Assembly: GCA_050302315.1 (NCBI GenBank)
Contig: JBNLAV010000087.1
Location: 1,357 to 65,356, forward strand
Source: Desulfobacteraceae bacterium
GTDB lineage: Bacteria; Desulfobacterota; Desulfobacteria; Desulfobacterales; Desulfosarcinaceae
DNA: 64,000 bases
Reading direction: 5' to 3'
Shown piece after piece: positions 1 to 9,510 of the stretch. Position 1 is the first letter of the stretch; each line of letters starts with the position of its first letter. Below the pieces are notes generated by a model, which did not search any database, was not told the DNA's origin, and saw nothing but the letters and a program-made list of their open reading frames with translations. The translations under genes and the position numbers were made by a program.

Positions 1-693
1 GGTATCGGTTTCAAGCGGATTGCCGGCCGGCTGCCCGGAATCCGAAAGCTGTTCAGTGGTTTTATTGAAATACAGGTAAAAGCTGAGGACGGTAATCAGC
101 GTAGAGGCCAATAAAACGGCCATCAGCCTGAAGCCTCTGGCGGTTGGTGCTTTCCGTGCAGGTATCTCAGCACGGCGAGCGCGCCACTTTGCTGCGGGTA
201 AAGGGCTCGAACCAAATCCCCGTTTCAGCATCACCCTGCCGATGAAGATGAGAACGGCTCCCAACCCGCCAAATATCCCGATGAAGCCCCAAGGTGTTTT
301 GTGTTCAAGTACCGAATCGTATGGATTGTCAGGGTTGTAATACACCATGACTTTTCTGCCCACAGGATACCGATGCGCCTCCTGCACGGCATGTGAAGCG
401 CTGCTTGATCCATACTGGCCAAGCGATATGGCATCGTTGCGATACTCAACACCGGCTACAACGAATTTGTACCGGACATCGGCAATGGTTGTCGGTGCGC
501 CGCTGTTATCAGGACTGTCCTGGATCCGGGTGCCGGACTTGGTGATCACACCTTCAACCGCCGGCCAGCTTCTGGCGTCCTGGTCTTTCAAATAAAAATA
601 TCCCGCGCAGGCGATGGCGCCGATGGCGACCAACAGAACCATCAGTCCGACGATCTTTTCAACCCATCGATTGTTTATTTTGCTTTGCATCAT
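1..693 (-). CDS. DUF3592-like membrane protein (partial; 3' end runs off the window)
   Basis: Hand-translated minus-strand frame is open from ATG at 693 to position 1. It is absent from the ORF track because it is open-ended. Sequence: MMQSKINNRWVEKIVGLMVLLVAIGAIACAGYFYL..WPAVEGVITKS..VRYKFVVAGVEYRND..GRKVMVYYNPDNPYDSVLE, then TM WGFIGIFGGLGAVLIFI. The TM / beta-rich / TM layout is typical of DUF3592. Confidence 0.6.
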   Translation of the reverse strand, partial: MMQSKINNRWVEKIVGLMVLLVAIGAIACAGYFYLKDQDARSWPAVEGVITKSGTRIQDSPDNSGAPTTIADVRYKFVVAGVEYRNDAISLGQYGSSSASHAVQEAHRYPVGRKVMVYYNPDNPYDSVLEHKTPWGFIGIFGGLGAVLIFIGRVMLKRGFGSSPLPAAKWRARRAEIPARKAPTARGFRLMAVLLASTLITVLSFYLYFNKTTEQLSDSGQPAGNPLETDT

Positions 694-978
694 CCAGGTT
701 CCCATCCGGTTCGGCGGCAAGAACATGTCTATCACATTATACGGATGGACGCATATCAGAATAACGGCAGGAGGATTGATAGGGCGGGAGCGGAACGGAC
801 GCGGCGATGGCTTTGGCCCAACCCGTCATTCAGGCTTGCCGTGGCATTCAGGTTGCTGTTATCATGGGCGAACGTTTTCCGAAGTCCGGTCCGTCATCGG
901 CACAGGCACCCTGGGTTGCCCGGTGAACCGGGCGCCACGATGGCCTGTGAAACGACCTATCCAAAGGAACCCGATGCC

Positions 979-2553
979 ATGCAGCACACTTTTCGCACGT
1001 TTACCGTTCTCTGCGCGCTTATGCTTACCTTTTCCCTGGTCACCATCGCCCCGCACAGGCTGCACGCCGACCTTCTCGACAAGACGGAACGCCGGGCCAT
1101 CGTCGATGCCTATGATGAGGATCTGGCGGCTTTCAAACGGCTGCGGACCAGTTTGTTCCGGCTGGCCCGCCAGGTGGAGACGCGCACCGATCTGTTCGGT
1201 CCCAAACCGGTCGACGACACCTCCCTGCTGAGGCCGGACCTTCGCGGCGAAATTCTCGACCTGTGGTATCCCATGGTGGACATCTACCTGGCCCTGGACA
1301 ATTTGTCGGAAAAGCACATGCAGTTCTACCAGCTCAAACAGCGCCCGGACCGCAAACGCTCTTTTCACCTGGCGCGCGCCGTCTTTTTGACCCAATACCG
1401 CGTGGCGCTGGATGTCATCGCCGTCTTCGAGCAGAATCCCATGGTGGACACCATTCTCAACGAAGAACACCCCTCCCTGGGCCTGCCGAAGGGGGTCTAT
1501 GCCCAATTTAAATACCAATACCTCAACGTGATCAAGGCCAGCCGGTACGCGGCCGTGGAGGCGGTGGCAAAGGTCTATTCGGCGCCGTCGGACGGCCGTA
1601 TCGCCCAGTGGTCGGATGCGGACCGCCGCATCATCCTGGCCGCCGGAAAAGGTCCCGGCCCGAAAATGACTTTCAAAAACGGCCTGGCCATCGTCAAGCG
1701 CCTCAAAAACCGGGCGTGGTTTCCGGTGCAAAAAGGGGTGGCCGAATGGATGGGACATACCAAGGTATGGCGCCCCCACCGCTATCTGATTGCGCCGGAC
1801 CAGGTCGATGCGCTGGCGGGCCGCCTCGAACCGGGGGACATCCTGCTCGAACGGCGGGAGTGGTACCTGACCAATGTGGGCATTCCCGGGTTCTGGACCC
1901 ACGCGGCCCTCTATATCGGCAATGCCGATCAAAGAGCGGCCCTGTCCGCCCGTCCCGAGGTCAAACAATGGCTCGATGCGCAGAAAGCGGCCAGCCTGGA
2001 CGCCTTGATCCAACGGCGGTATCCCCGGGCGCATAAGGGCCTCAGGACGCCTTACACGGACGGCCGGCTGCCCAGCGTGATCGAAGCCATATCCCCGGGC
2101 GTCACGTTGACCTCCCTGCGCCATTCGGCCACCTGCGACTCACTGGCCGTGCTGCGGCCGAGGCTCTCCAGCAGGGATCGTGCGGCTGCCGTGGTTCGCG
2201 CCATGCGCTACTACAAGCGCCCTTATGACTATCGTTTCGATTTTGGAAGCGATACCAGCCTGGTGTGCACCGAACTGGTGGTCAAGTCCTACCTGTCCGA
2301 CAGCGCCAAACAAGGCCTCGATCTGCCTATTGAACGCCTGATGGGGCACATGATCACCCCGGCCAATGCATTTGCCCGCCATTTCGATCAGACGTGGGGC
2401 AGCAGCGACCAGCAGATGGACCTGGTGCTTTTCCTGGACGGCGACGAAAAAATGAAGCAGGCGGCGGCGTCAGACGTGGCGTCCTTCCGCAATACATGGA
2501 ACCGGCCCAAGTGGCATATTCTGGTGCAGGTCGCCCGTCCCGCTCAGGAATAG
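979..2553 (+). CDS. Secreted YiiX-like permuted-papain (NlpC/P60 superfamily) hydrolase with a long helical N-terminal region
   Basis: ATG at 979 gives signal-like MQHTFRTFTVLCALMLTFSLVTIAPHRLHA. C-terminal half contains GDILLERREWYLTNVGIPGFWTHAALYIG and SLVCTELVVKSY (candidate catalytic Cys), as in the YiiX/DUF830 family. The upstream part of the tracked ORF (685-978) has no support. Confidence 0.6.
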   Translation: MQHTFRTFTVLCALMLTFSLVTIAPHRLHADLLDKTERRAIVDAYDEDLAAFKRLRTSLFRLARQVETRTDLFGPKPVDDTSLLRPDLRGEILDLWYPMVDIYLALDNLSEKHMQFYQLKQRPDRKRSFHLARAVFLTQYRVALDVIAVFEQNPMVDTILNEEHPSLGLPKGVYAQFKYQYLNVIKASRYAAVEAVAKVYSAPSDGRIAQWSDADRRIILAAGKGPGPKMTFKNGLAIVKRLKNRAWFPVQKGVAEWMGHTKVWRPHRYLIAPDQVDALAGRLEPGDILLERREWYLTNVGIPGFWTHAALYIGNADQRAALSARPEVKQWLDAQKAASLDALIQRRYPRAHKGLRTPYTDGRLPSVIEAISPGVTLTSLRHSATCDSLAVLRPRLSSRDRAAAVVRAMRYYKRPYDYRFDFGSDTSLVCTELVVKSYLSDSAKQGLDLPIERLMGHMITPANAFARHFDQTWGSSDQQMDLVLFLDGDEKMKQAAASDVASFRNTWNRPKWHILVQVARPAQE

Positions 2554-2617
2554 ATTGTCGGACCGATTACCCAAACCAAGGTGGATGTCCTTGGACCGAT
2601 AATATCCTCGACATGAG

Positions 2618-2799
2618 GTCAGTGGGCCGGCCGGCCCGGCGCACATTGGGCAAGGATGGCAACCGTTAGATGCAGCGGAGGATCAGCGGGTCGCACTGTT
2701 TGACCCCGCTGTAAAGCGGGGGAGTTTGCGGCCCGCCCGCAGCGCATCTTACGGTTGCTTGCCATCCTTGTCGTGCGACGGGTCGGCCGGCCCACTGAC
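2618..2799. repeat. Long imperfect palindromic element between convergent genes
   Basis: Arm 2618-2666 (gtcagtgggccggccggccc..caaggatggcaaccgt) is the near reverse complement of arm 2751-2799 (acggttgcttgccatccttg..gggtcggccggcccactgac). Smaller hairpins lie in between. Confidence 0.7.
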
Positions 2800-2863
2800 C
2801 GGCTCTAATGCGCTTTGCTTTATTTCGGCTTATAGATCCGTAGATTTTACCATCGCTGTGCGA

Positions 2864-3637
2864 CTAACGCTTTTCCATGGTCACTTTGCTGCGCGAGAAG
2901 GTTTCCGCGCCGGCGCCCATCCCCTGTTCGACGGTGCTTTTGGTGACGGTTTCGTGTTCGATCCACATGCCCTCTTTCAGATCAAACAACGCTTCGCTCT
3001 TGCCGCCGGTTTTCATATCCATGCCGGAGCCCTTCATCTTCACGCGCTGCCGGATGGTGAAGGTGGCCAGACCGTCGCTGATATCTTCCAGGGTATAGGT
3101 CATCTTGATGATGCTCTTCATGCCCCCCATCCCCATCACGCCCGGCATTTCGTAGCGGATCAGCGCGTCGAACTCGTCGCCGGGCTCCAGCGCTTCCTCG
3201 GGAAACTCGGGGAAGAAGAAGATGGCCGGCTTCATCGCCGGGCCGATCATTTTCGCCATCATGGGATCGCCTCCGGTAAATTTATAGTTTTTGAGGACGC
3301 CGCTGCGGTGGACCTCCGCGCTGAACTGCATGCCGGCCAGCGCGTTCATCTCGTTTGCCTTTCCGGTGTGGTCCCAGTTTTTCTGGGCGGTCACCTGGGC
3401 GGCGATGCGGAACCACCCCTTGCCCAGATCGCGGGCGATCTTGTAGACGGTGAGCCGTTTGGTCCGCTGTGTCGTCTTGTTGCCCATCATCTCGGTGGTC
3501 GTTTCGGACCGGTCGCTCATCTTCCAGGTGTCCCCCTCTTCCAACCGGTATCGAAACCGCTGCCCCGCCCACGCCGGCAAGACCAGCACAAGCGTCATGA
3601 CCACAACCAGCCCGAATTGCATGGCATTCCTTTGCAT
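2864..3637 (-). CDS. Secreted hypothetical protein (257 aa)
   Basis: ATG at 3637 gives MQRNAMQFGLVVVMTLVLVLPAWAGQ (signal peptide). The start overlaps the stop of the upstream M48 gene (TGATG). No recognised family. Confidence 0.6.
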   Translation of the reverse strand: MQRNAMQFGLVVVMTLVLVLPAWAGQRFRYRLEEGDTWKMSDRSETTTEMMGNKTTQRTKRLTVYKIARDLGKGWFRIAAQVTAQKNWDHTGKANEMNALAGMQFSAEVHRSGVLKNYKFTGGDPMMAKMIGPAMKPAIFFFPEFPEEALEPGDEFDALIRYEMPGVMGMGGMKSIIKMTYTLEDISDGLATFTIRQRVKMKGSGMDMKTGGKSEALFDLKEGMWIEHETVTKSTVEQGMGAGAETFSRSKVTMEKR

Positions 3638-5079
3638 CACAGTTCCGCCTTTCGTTTCAGAGATTTGATCTTTCGCTGGATCTTCTTCCGGTCCCGCGCG
3701 GATGGCGCGCTTTTCAGATATCCATTGTAGGCCGCCACGGCGTCGTCGTAGCGCTCCCAATCCTCATACAGCTCTCCCAGCGCCTTCCAGGGGGCGGCGT
3801 ATTTACGGTCCTTTCGGGTGGCCTCGATATAGAGTTTTTCCGCCTCTTTCTTCTCCCCTTCCGAGGCGGCAAAGGCAAAATCACCCAGGGCGCACTTTGC
3901 CACGCCGTACAGCACCGGGGCGTCCCGAAACCCTTTGCGATACAGGTTCCGGTAATCGGCTTCGGCCTGCTGGTAGCGCTCCTCGTCCATCAGCCGCTCG
4001 GCCCGGGGCAGGAGGACTTTGCTGATAAATCCCCGGTACGGTTTGGCGCCCTGGTTCCCCTTTCCCCCTTTAAGCGCCTCGCGCACCTCCTTCAATCCCA
4101 CATAGCCCGCCACCAGCTCGGGCCTCGACGGCGGCGTGTCTCCGATGGTGCGTGTCAGACCGCTCTGCCCCAGGGATGTCTGCATCTGCTGCTGCATCAT
4201 GCGCATCATGGCCTGGATCTGTTTGAGCTGCTCGGCCATATCGCCCATGGCCTGTTCCTTTTCGGCGATCCGGCTGCTGGTCAGATTCCGGACATTTTTC
4301 CAGGCGCCCGACGCCTGGGAAGGGTCGTACCCGGCTTTGGCCAGCAGCACCATGGCCTGGATGTCGGCGACGACTTCGAACCGCTGCCTCGGGTCGATGC
4401 GATCGCCCGTGTTGTCTTTTTCCGGGATATTGGCGATGGCCTCCTTCACCCCGTAATACGCGCTTTGGGCCGCGCCGATTTTCGCCTGGGACTCCATGGC
4501 GGACAGATAGGTTTCCTCGCCTTTCATGACGCGGTCCATCTGTTTGGCCGATTCAACCTCGGCCGCATAGTCCACCGCCGAATCCAGCACCGCCCCGAAA
4601 ATGGCGCCGGCAGTGGCCAGAAAGCGCTGCTTTCGCTCCGCCGCCTTTATTTTCTGATAGAGCAGGATATAGTGCCCGTCCATGATGTGCGCCATTTCAT
4701 GGGCCAGCAGCGCAGCCAGCTGGGCTTCGTTGTCGGCCGAGAGCACCGCCGCCGAGGTGATGACCATATTGCCGTCGGGATAGGAATAGACCTGCGGCGC
4801 CGGTGCGTTGATCACCGTTATGCGGGGCACGACGCCGGCGGGCGGCTTGTCGCTGCCCTGCAGCTTTTTCATCACCTTCTGCAGGTACGACACATAAGCC
4901 TCGTCCGTAACCACTGGACGATCGCGCATCTCTTCGGCATAGGCTTGCGCCGCCTGTGCGATCAACGCCCGGCCGTCTTCGTTGACTTCAATCACCGACG
5001 CCTGCATCTTCCCCGCACAGAGCAGCGAAAGGACACCGATAAGGACGCTCAGGACTGAGACGCGATATTGCCTTTTCAT
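3637..5079 (-). CDS. M48-family zinc metalloprotease with C-terminal TPR repeats (BepA-like architecture)
   Basis: HEMAHIMDGH (HExxH) motif. N-terminal signal MKRQYRVSVLSVLIGVLSLLCAG after a GAAGGGGGG SD. C-terminal TPR-like repeats (YRNLYRKGF..ALGDFAFAASEGEKKEAEKLYIEATRKD..AVAAYNGYLK). Confidence 0.8.
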   Translation of the reverse strand: MKRQYRVSVLSVLIGVLSLLCAGKMQASVIEVNEDGRALIAQAAQAYAEEMRDRPVVTDEAYVSYLQKVMKKLQGSDKPPAGVVPRITVINAPAPQVYSYPDGNMVITSAAVLSADNEAQLAALLAHEMAHIMDGHYILLYQKIKAAERKQRFLATAGAIFGAVLDSAVDYAAEVESAKQMDRVMKGEETYLSAMESQAKIGAAQSAYYGVKEAIANIPEKDNTGDRIDPRQRFEVVADIQAMVLLAKAGYDPSQASGAWKNVRNLTSSRIAEKEQAMGDMAEQLKQIQAMMRMMQQQMQTSLGQSGLTRTIGDTPPSRPELVAGYVGLKEVREALKGGKGNQGAKPYRGFISKVLLPRAERLMDEERYQQAEADYRNLYRKGFRDAPVLYGVAKCALGDFAFAASEGEKKEAEKLYIEATRKDRKYAAPWKALGELYEDWERYDDAVAAYNGYLKSAPSARDRKKIQRKIKSLKRKAEL

Positions 5080-5189
5080 TTGCCCCCCTTCGAAATAGTG
5101 TGCTATTTTCACTGGTTATGAATAGATGTATTTCTTTATAACCGAAAACAGTCCAGGTTTCAATCCAGACGGGATTTGGAGCATCCAAC

Positions 5190-6302
5190 ATGGCACGTAT
5201 TGTATACGGCGTATCCGGTGAAGGATCCGGCCACTCTTCACGGGCGCGCGTGGTGCTGGAGCACCTGGCCGCAAGCGGACACGAGGTCAAAGTGGTCACC
5301 TACGACCGGGGCGTGCGCCACCTGGAAGACGACTTCGATCTTTTCGAGACCGTGGGGCTGCACATCGAAAGCGTCAACAACCGGGTAGCGCCCATCAAGA
5401 CCCTGCTCACCAACCTGGGCCGCCTGCCCGGCGGCCATAAAAAGCTTCAGCAGTTGAAAAAGGAGATTTTCAAGGACTTTGACCCCCAGGCGGTGATCAC
5501 CGATTTCGAACCCATGTGCGCCTACCTGGCCCATCACTACGACCTCCCGCTGATCACCATCGACAACCAGCACCGCCTCCGGTACATGCAATATGATTAT
5601 CCGCAGCGCCTGAAAGGCGACCGCCAACTCACCGTGCACATCATCCGGGCCATGGTCCCCAAGCCCGATGTCAGCCTGGTCACCACCTTCTATTTCGGCG
5701 CCGTTAAAAACCAGCGGACGTTTCTCTTTCCTCCCCTGCTGCGCTCCCAGGTGCTGCAGCTCGAACCGGAGCGTAAAGGCCATATCCTGGTCTACCTGAC
5801 CAGCGGCTTTGAAGCTTTTGTGGAGCTGCTCGGCGACTGTCCCGGGGAGCATTTCATTGTCTACGGCCAGGGCGATCACGGAACAAAGGGCAACCTGACC
5901 TTCAAGCCGCCCAGCAAAGCGGGCTTCCTGAAAGATCTGGCCGACAGCAAAGCGGTGATGGCCACGGCCGGCTTCACCCTGATCACCGAATCCCTGCACC
6001 TGAAAAAACCTTACCTGGCCCTGCCCATGACCGGACAGTTCGAGCAGGCGATCAACGCCGTGTTTCTGGAGAAGCTGGGCTGTGGGGTGAACATGGAGCG
6101 CATCGACAGGGCCGGTATCGATGCCTTCCTTGGAAGATTGCCGGAACTGGAAGCCCAAACCGCCGGACTCCATGCATTCGACAACCGGCCGCTGCTGGAC
6201 CAACTCGACGCCCTGCTGGCCGACGACGCGCGAAAGGCCCGGTGGTTTCACGAGAACCGCAAGCCGCTGAGCGCACCGCCGGACCAGGTCGAGCCACGTT
6301 AA
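5190..6302 (+). CDS. Glycosyltransferase, MJ1255/VC2487-like (GT-B fold, MurG/GT28-like)
   Basis: N-terminus MARIVYGVSGEGSGHSSRARVVLEHL is the G-rich motif of this uncharacterised glycosyltransferase family. 370 aa. Confidence 0.6.
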   Translation: MARIVYGVSGEGSGHSSRARVVLEHLAASGHEVKVVTYDRGVRHLEDDFDLFETVGLHIESVNNRVAPIKTLLTNLGRLPGGHKKLQQLKKEIFKDFDPQAVITDFEPMCAYLAHHYDLPLITIDNQHRLRYMQYDYPQRLKGDRQLTVHIIRAMVPKPDVSLVTTFYFGAVKNQRTFLFPPLLRSQVLQLEPERKGHILVYLTSGFEAFVELLGDCPGEHFIVYGQGDHGTKGNLTFKPPSKAGFLKDLADSKAVMATAGFTLITESLHLKKPYLALPMTGQFEQAINAVFLEKLGCGVNMERIDRAGIDAFLGRLPELEAQTAGLHAFDNRPLLDQLDALLADDARKARWFHENRKPLSAPPDQVEPR

Positions 6303-6332
6303 CCGCCTAAAATTGCAGGGTATGAACTTTGC

Positions 6333-6361
6333 TTGACTAAAGCAGGGCTTTTGCCTAATCT
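6333..6361 (+). promoter_or_regulatory. Candidate sigma70-type promoter for the ABC importer operon
   Basis: TTGACT (6333-6338), 17-nt spacer, TAATCT (6356-6361), about 75 nt upstream of the ATG at 6436. Confidence 0.35.
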
Positions 6362-6435
6362 ATCCGTAATTCATTTCGTTGCGGGCAAACACTAACCGCC
6401 GGGCCGACCGGCTTTCCATAGACAGATCATCCCTT

Positions 6436-8541
6436 ATGACCATACGACGCTTCCTCATCATCGCACCGGCCATCGTCACCCTGGTGCTGTTGATTTCATA
6501 CTTCTGGGTGCCCACCTACGAGGAGCAGACCAAGGGCAACCCGGATAGGCTGGTGCAGTATATCACCGCATCGATCGGCGATGCCGCCATGCTCAATCCC
6601 ATCCTTTCGGCCGACAGCGCCAGCAGCCAGATCGAAAGCAGGGTGTTTGAAGGATTGATCGACCGGGACGAAGACCTTCAATACCGCGGTCGCATCGCTC
6701 ACAGCTGGAAGATCTATGAGGAAGCTTACTTTTATATCAATGAAAAGGCGGCCACCCGTTTGTGGGGCAAGATCGATCCGGAGGCTATGGTAGCGAAGCT
6801 CAAAACGGCCCTCGATCCAACCACGCCGGCGTGGCGGCATGTCGAGAACATCGAACTGCTGCCGCCCGAACCCATCGAGCACGCCTTCACGATCAAAGAG
6901 GGGGAAAACGATACACCCTACACGCTGAAAGGCACTTCGCCGCCTCGGGTTCGCATCTCATTGGCCAAGGTCGATCAAACCCTGTTCGACCGGCTTTCCG
7001 ACCTGTTGGGAGGAGATTATTTCAAGGGTTTCGATCCGCTTCCGTTTTTTGCGGTCACCCCCGCCCTGCCGCAGGACAAGCTCACCGCCAAAGCAGGTGA
7101 AATACTGCCATCGGTTACCCACAATCCGATCATCGAGTTCTATCTGCGTCCCGGCATCCTGTTTCACGACGGCCATGAGGTGACGGCCGAAGATGTGAAA
7201 TTCACCTACGAATCCATTATGAATCCAAAGAACCTGTCGCCGCGGATTCCTGATTACGAACCGGTACAGCAGGTGGAGATCATCGATCCCCTCACCGTGC
7301 GGATCGTTTACAAGCGGCTCTATTCGCCCGCCTTCGGGACGTGGGGCATGGGGATACTCCCGTCCCACCTGCTCAATGACAAAGCCCTGGCCAAAGAGGC
7401 CGCTGAATCCGGCCAGTCTTCCGCGAAATTCACCATGCGCCAGAGCCGGTTCAACCGCACACCGGTGGGCTGCGGCCCCTTTGTCTTCGAGGAGTGGAAA
7501 TCCGACCAGTACATCCGCCTGAAGCGCTTCGACAGGTATTGGGAAGGTCCTCCCAATTACCGCGAATTCGTGATGCGCATCATCCCCAACCCGCTCACCC
7601 AGGAGATGGAATTCTACGCCGGCACCGTGGACGACTACAGCGTGCAGCCCCATCAGGTGGAGCGCCTGAGCCAGGATGACCGCTTCCAGAATTTTTCCGG
7701 AACCGCTTTCGGCTATACCTACATCGGCTATAATCTGCGGCGGGAACCGTTCAATGACGTCCGGGTGCGCCGGGCGTTGGGAATGGCCATCGACAAGCAG
7801 AAGATCATCGACTATCTGCTGTACGGCCAGGGGGAAAGCATCACCGGCCCGTTCGTCAAGCAAACCGATTACTACAATCACGACATCCCGGCGCTTGCCT
7901 ATGATCCGGAAGGCGCCCTGGCGATTCTGGAACAGGCCGGATGGAAGCGCGGCAGCGACGGCTATCTTCAGAAAAACGGCAAACGGCTGGCCTTTACCCT
8001 GATCACCAACAACGGCAATGCGCTGCGCAAGGCAATTCTGGCCATCGCACAGGATGCCTGGAAAAAAATCGGCATCCAGGTGGAAACCGATCTGCTGGAG
8101 TGGTCGGTCTTCATCCAGAAGCGGGTCAATCAGCTCGATTTCGACGCGTTGATCCTCGGCTGGTCCATGGGCATCGAACCCGACCTCTACCAGATCTGGC
8201 ACTCCAGTCAGAGCGGCCCCTTTCAGCTGAATTTCGTCGGATTCTCCAATCCGGAAGCCGACGACCTTATCCTGAAGATCCGCCGGGAATACGATCACGA
8301 GCGCCAAGTAGAGTACTGTCACCGGCTGCATGAGATTATCGCCGGGGAGCAGCCCTACACTTTTCTTTACGTCAGCCGGTGGACCGCCCTGCTGGACAAG
8401 CGCATCGTACGCGCAATTGCAGGGGCCGACGGAAATACGACCTACCAGCCCATCGTGCCGACCAAAACCGGCGGCTATACCTTTCACTTCAATCAGTGGA
8501 TCAAGTTGAACCGGCCGCCCGTATTTTCGGCAGACGGTTAG
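6436..8541 (+). CDS. ABC transporter substrate-binding protein, family 5 (peptide/nickel, OppA/DppA-like), unusually long (701 aa)
   Basis: ATG at 6436 gives membrane-anchor/signal MTIRRFLIIAPAIVTLVLLISY. Family-5 hallmarks are LRPGILFHDGHEVTAEDVKFTYE, RFDRYWEG and YIGYNLRREPFNDVRVRRALGMAIDK. Confidence 0.85.
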   Translation: MTIRRFLIIAPAIVTLVLLISYFWVPTYEEQTKGNPDRLVQYITASIGDAAMLNPILSADSASSQIESRVFEGLIDRDEDLQYRGRIAHSWKIYEEAYFYINEKAATRLWGKIDPEAMVAKLKTALDPTTPAWRHVENIELLPPEPIEHAFTIKEGENDTPYTLKGTSPPRVRISLAKVDQTLFDRLSDLLGGDYFKGFDPLPFFAVTPALPQDKLTAKAGEILPSVTHNPIIEFYLRPGILFHDGHEVTAEDVKFTYESIMNPKNLSPRIPDYEPVQQVEIIDPLTVRIVYKRLYSPAFGTWGMGILPSHLLNDKALAKEAAESGQSSAKFTMRQSRFNRTPVGCGPFVFEEWKSDQYIRLKRFDRYWEGPPNYREFVMRIIPNPLTQEMEFYAGTVDDYSVQPHQVERLSQDDRFQNFSGTAFGYTYIGYNLRREPFNDVRVRRALGMAIDKQKIIDYLLYGQGESITGPFVKQTDYYNHDIPALAYDPEGALAILEQAGWKRGSDGYLQKNGKRLAFTLITNNGNALRKAILAIAQDAWKKIGIQVETDLLEWSVFIQKRVNQLDFDALILGWSMGIEPDLYQIWHSSQSGPFQLNFVGFSNPEADDLILKIRREYDHERQVEYCHRLHEIIAGEQPYTFLYVSRWTALLDKRIVRAIAGADGNTTYQPIVPTKTGGYTFHFNQWIKLNRPPVFSADG

Positions 8542-8547
8542 GGAGAC

Positions 8548-9510
8548 GTGATGCTGGCATTTCTGGGAAGAAGCGTTGTCCAAAAATTAATCACCCTCTT
8601 TTTCGTATCGGTGGTCTCGTTCCTGATCATCAAGCTGGCGCCGGGCGAGCCCAGCCAGATCGATCCCCTCAACCCCAAATTCACGCCGGAAATCGTCGAG
8701 CGCATGCGCAAGGAATTCAACCTGGACAAACCGCTGCATGTCCAATACTTGCTTTTCTACAAAAATCTCTTCACCGGTAAAACCGTATCGTGGCGGGACA
8801 ACCTGCCGGTGCTGTCGAAGATATGGGAGCGCTTTCTCAACAGCCTGCCGTTGTTTATCGTGGGCACGATCCTGACATGGACATTTTCTTTTCCGGTGGG
8901 GATACGATCCGCTATCGCGCGGGACGGCATCTATGACAAGAGCACCACATTTTTGTCCTACTTCCTGATCTCCATCCCCGGATTCTTCTTCGCTTATATC
9001 CTGATCATCATCGTTGTGACCCAATTCCACGTGCCGGTGATCGGCATGAAGAGTTTCGGGGTGACGGCCGCATCGCCCCTGGTGAACTTCATGGACCGCA
9101 CCTGGCACCTCGTCCTGCCTTCCATTCTCGGCGCCACCGGCGGCGTGGCGGTGCTCTCCAGGTATGTGCGCAGCCAGATGCTGGAGATTATCGGACAAGA
9201 CTATGTGCGCACCGCCCGGGCCAAGGGGCTTCCTGCGGAAACCGTCTACTACAAGCATGCGCTGCGAAACGCCCTGCTGCCATTTGTCACCATGTTCGGG
9301 CTGATCCTGCCGGGCCTCATCGGTGGGTCGGTCATCATCGAATCGATCTTCTCATGGCCCGGCATGGGGCGTATGGCCTATGAAGCGATCCTGGCCAGGG
9401 ACTACCCGGTCATCTTAACCGTCAACTTCATTACCGCCGTTCTGGTGCTGGTGGGCACCTTGATATCGGACTTGCTCTACATGGCGGTGGACCCGAGGAT
9501 AAAACTCTGA
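8548..9510 (+). CDS. ABC transporter permease (OppB/DppB-like)
   Basis: Multi-TM protein with the EAA-type loop YVRTARAKGLPAETVYYKHALRNALLP. Follows the SBP gene. Confidence 0.9.
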   Translation: MMLAFLGRSVVQKLITLFFVSVVSFLIIKLAPGEPSQIDPLNPKFTPEIVERMRKEFNLDKPLHVQYLLFYKNLFTGKTVSWRDNLPVLSKIWERFLNSLPLFIVGTILTWTFSFPVGIRSAIARDGIYDKSTTFLSYFLISIPGFFFAYILIIIVVTQFHVPVIGMKSFGVTAASPLVNFMDRTWHLVLPSILGATGGVAVLSRYVRSQMLEIIGQDYVRTARAKGLPAETVYYKHALRNALLPFVTMFGLILPGLIGGSVIIESIFSWPGMGRMAYEAILARDYPVILTVNFITAVLVLVGTLISDLLYMAVDPRIKL

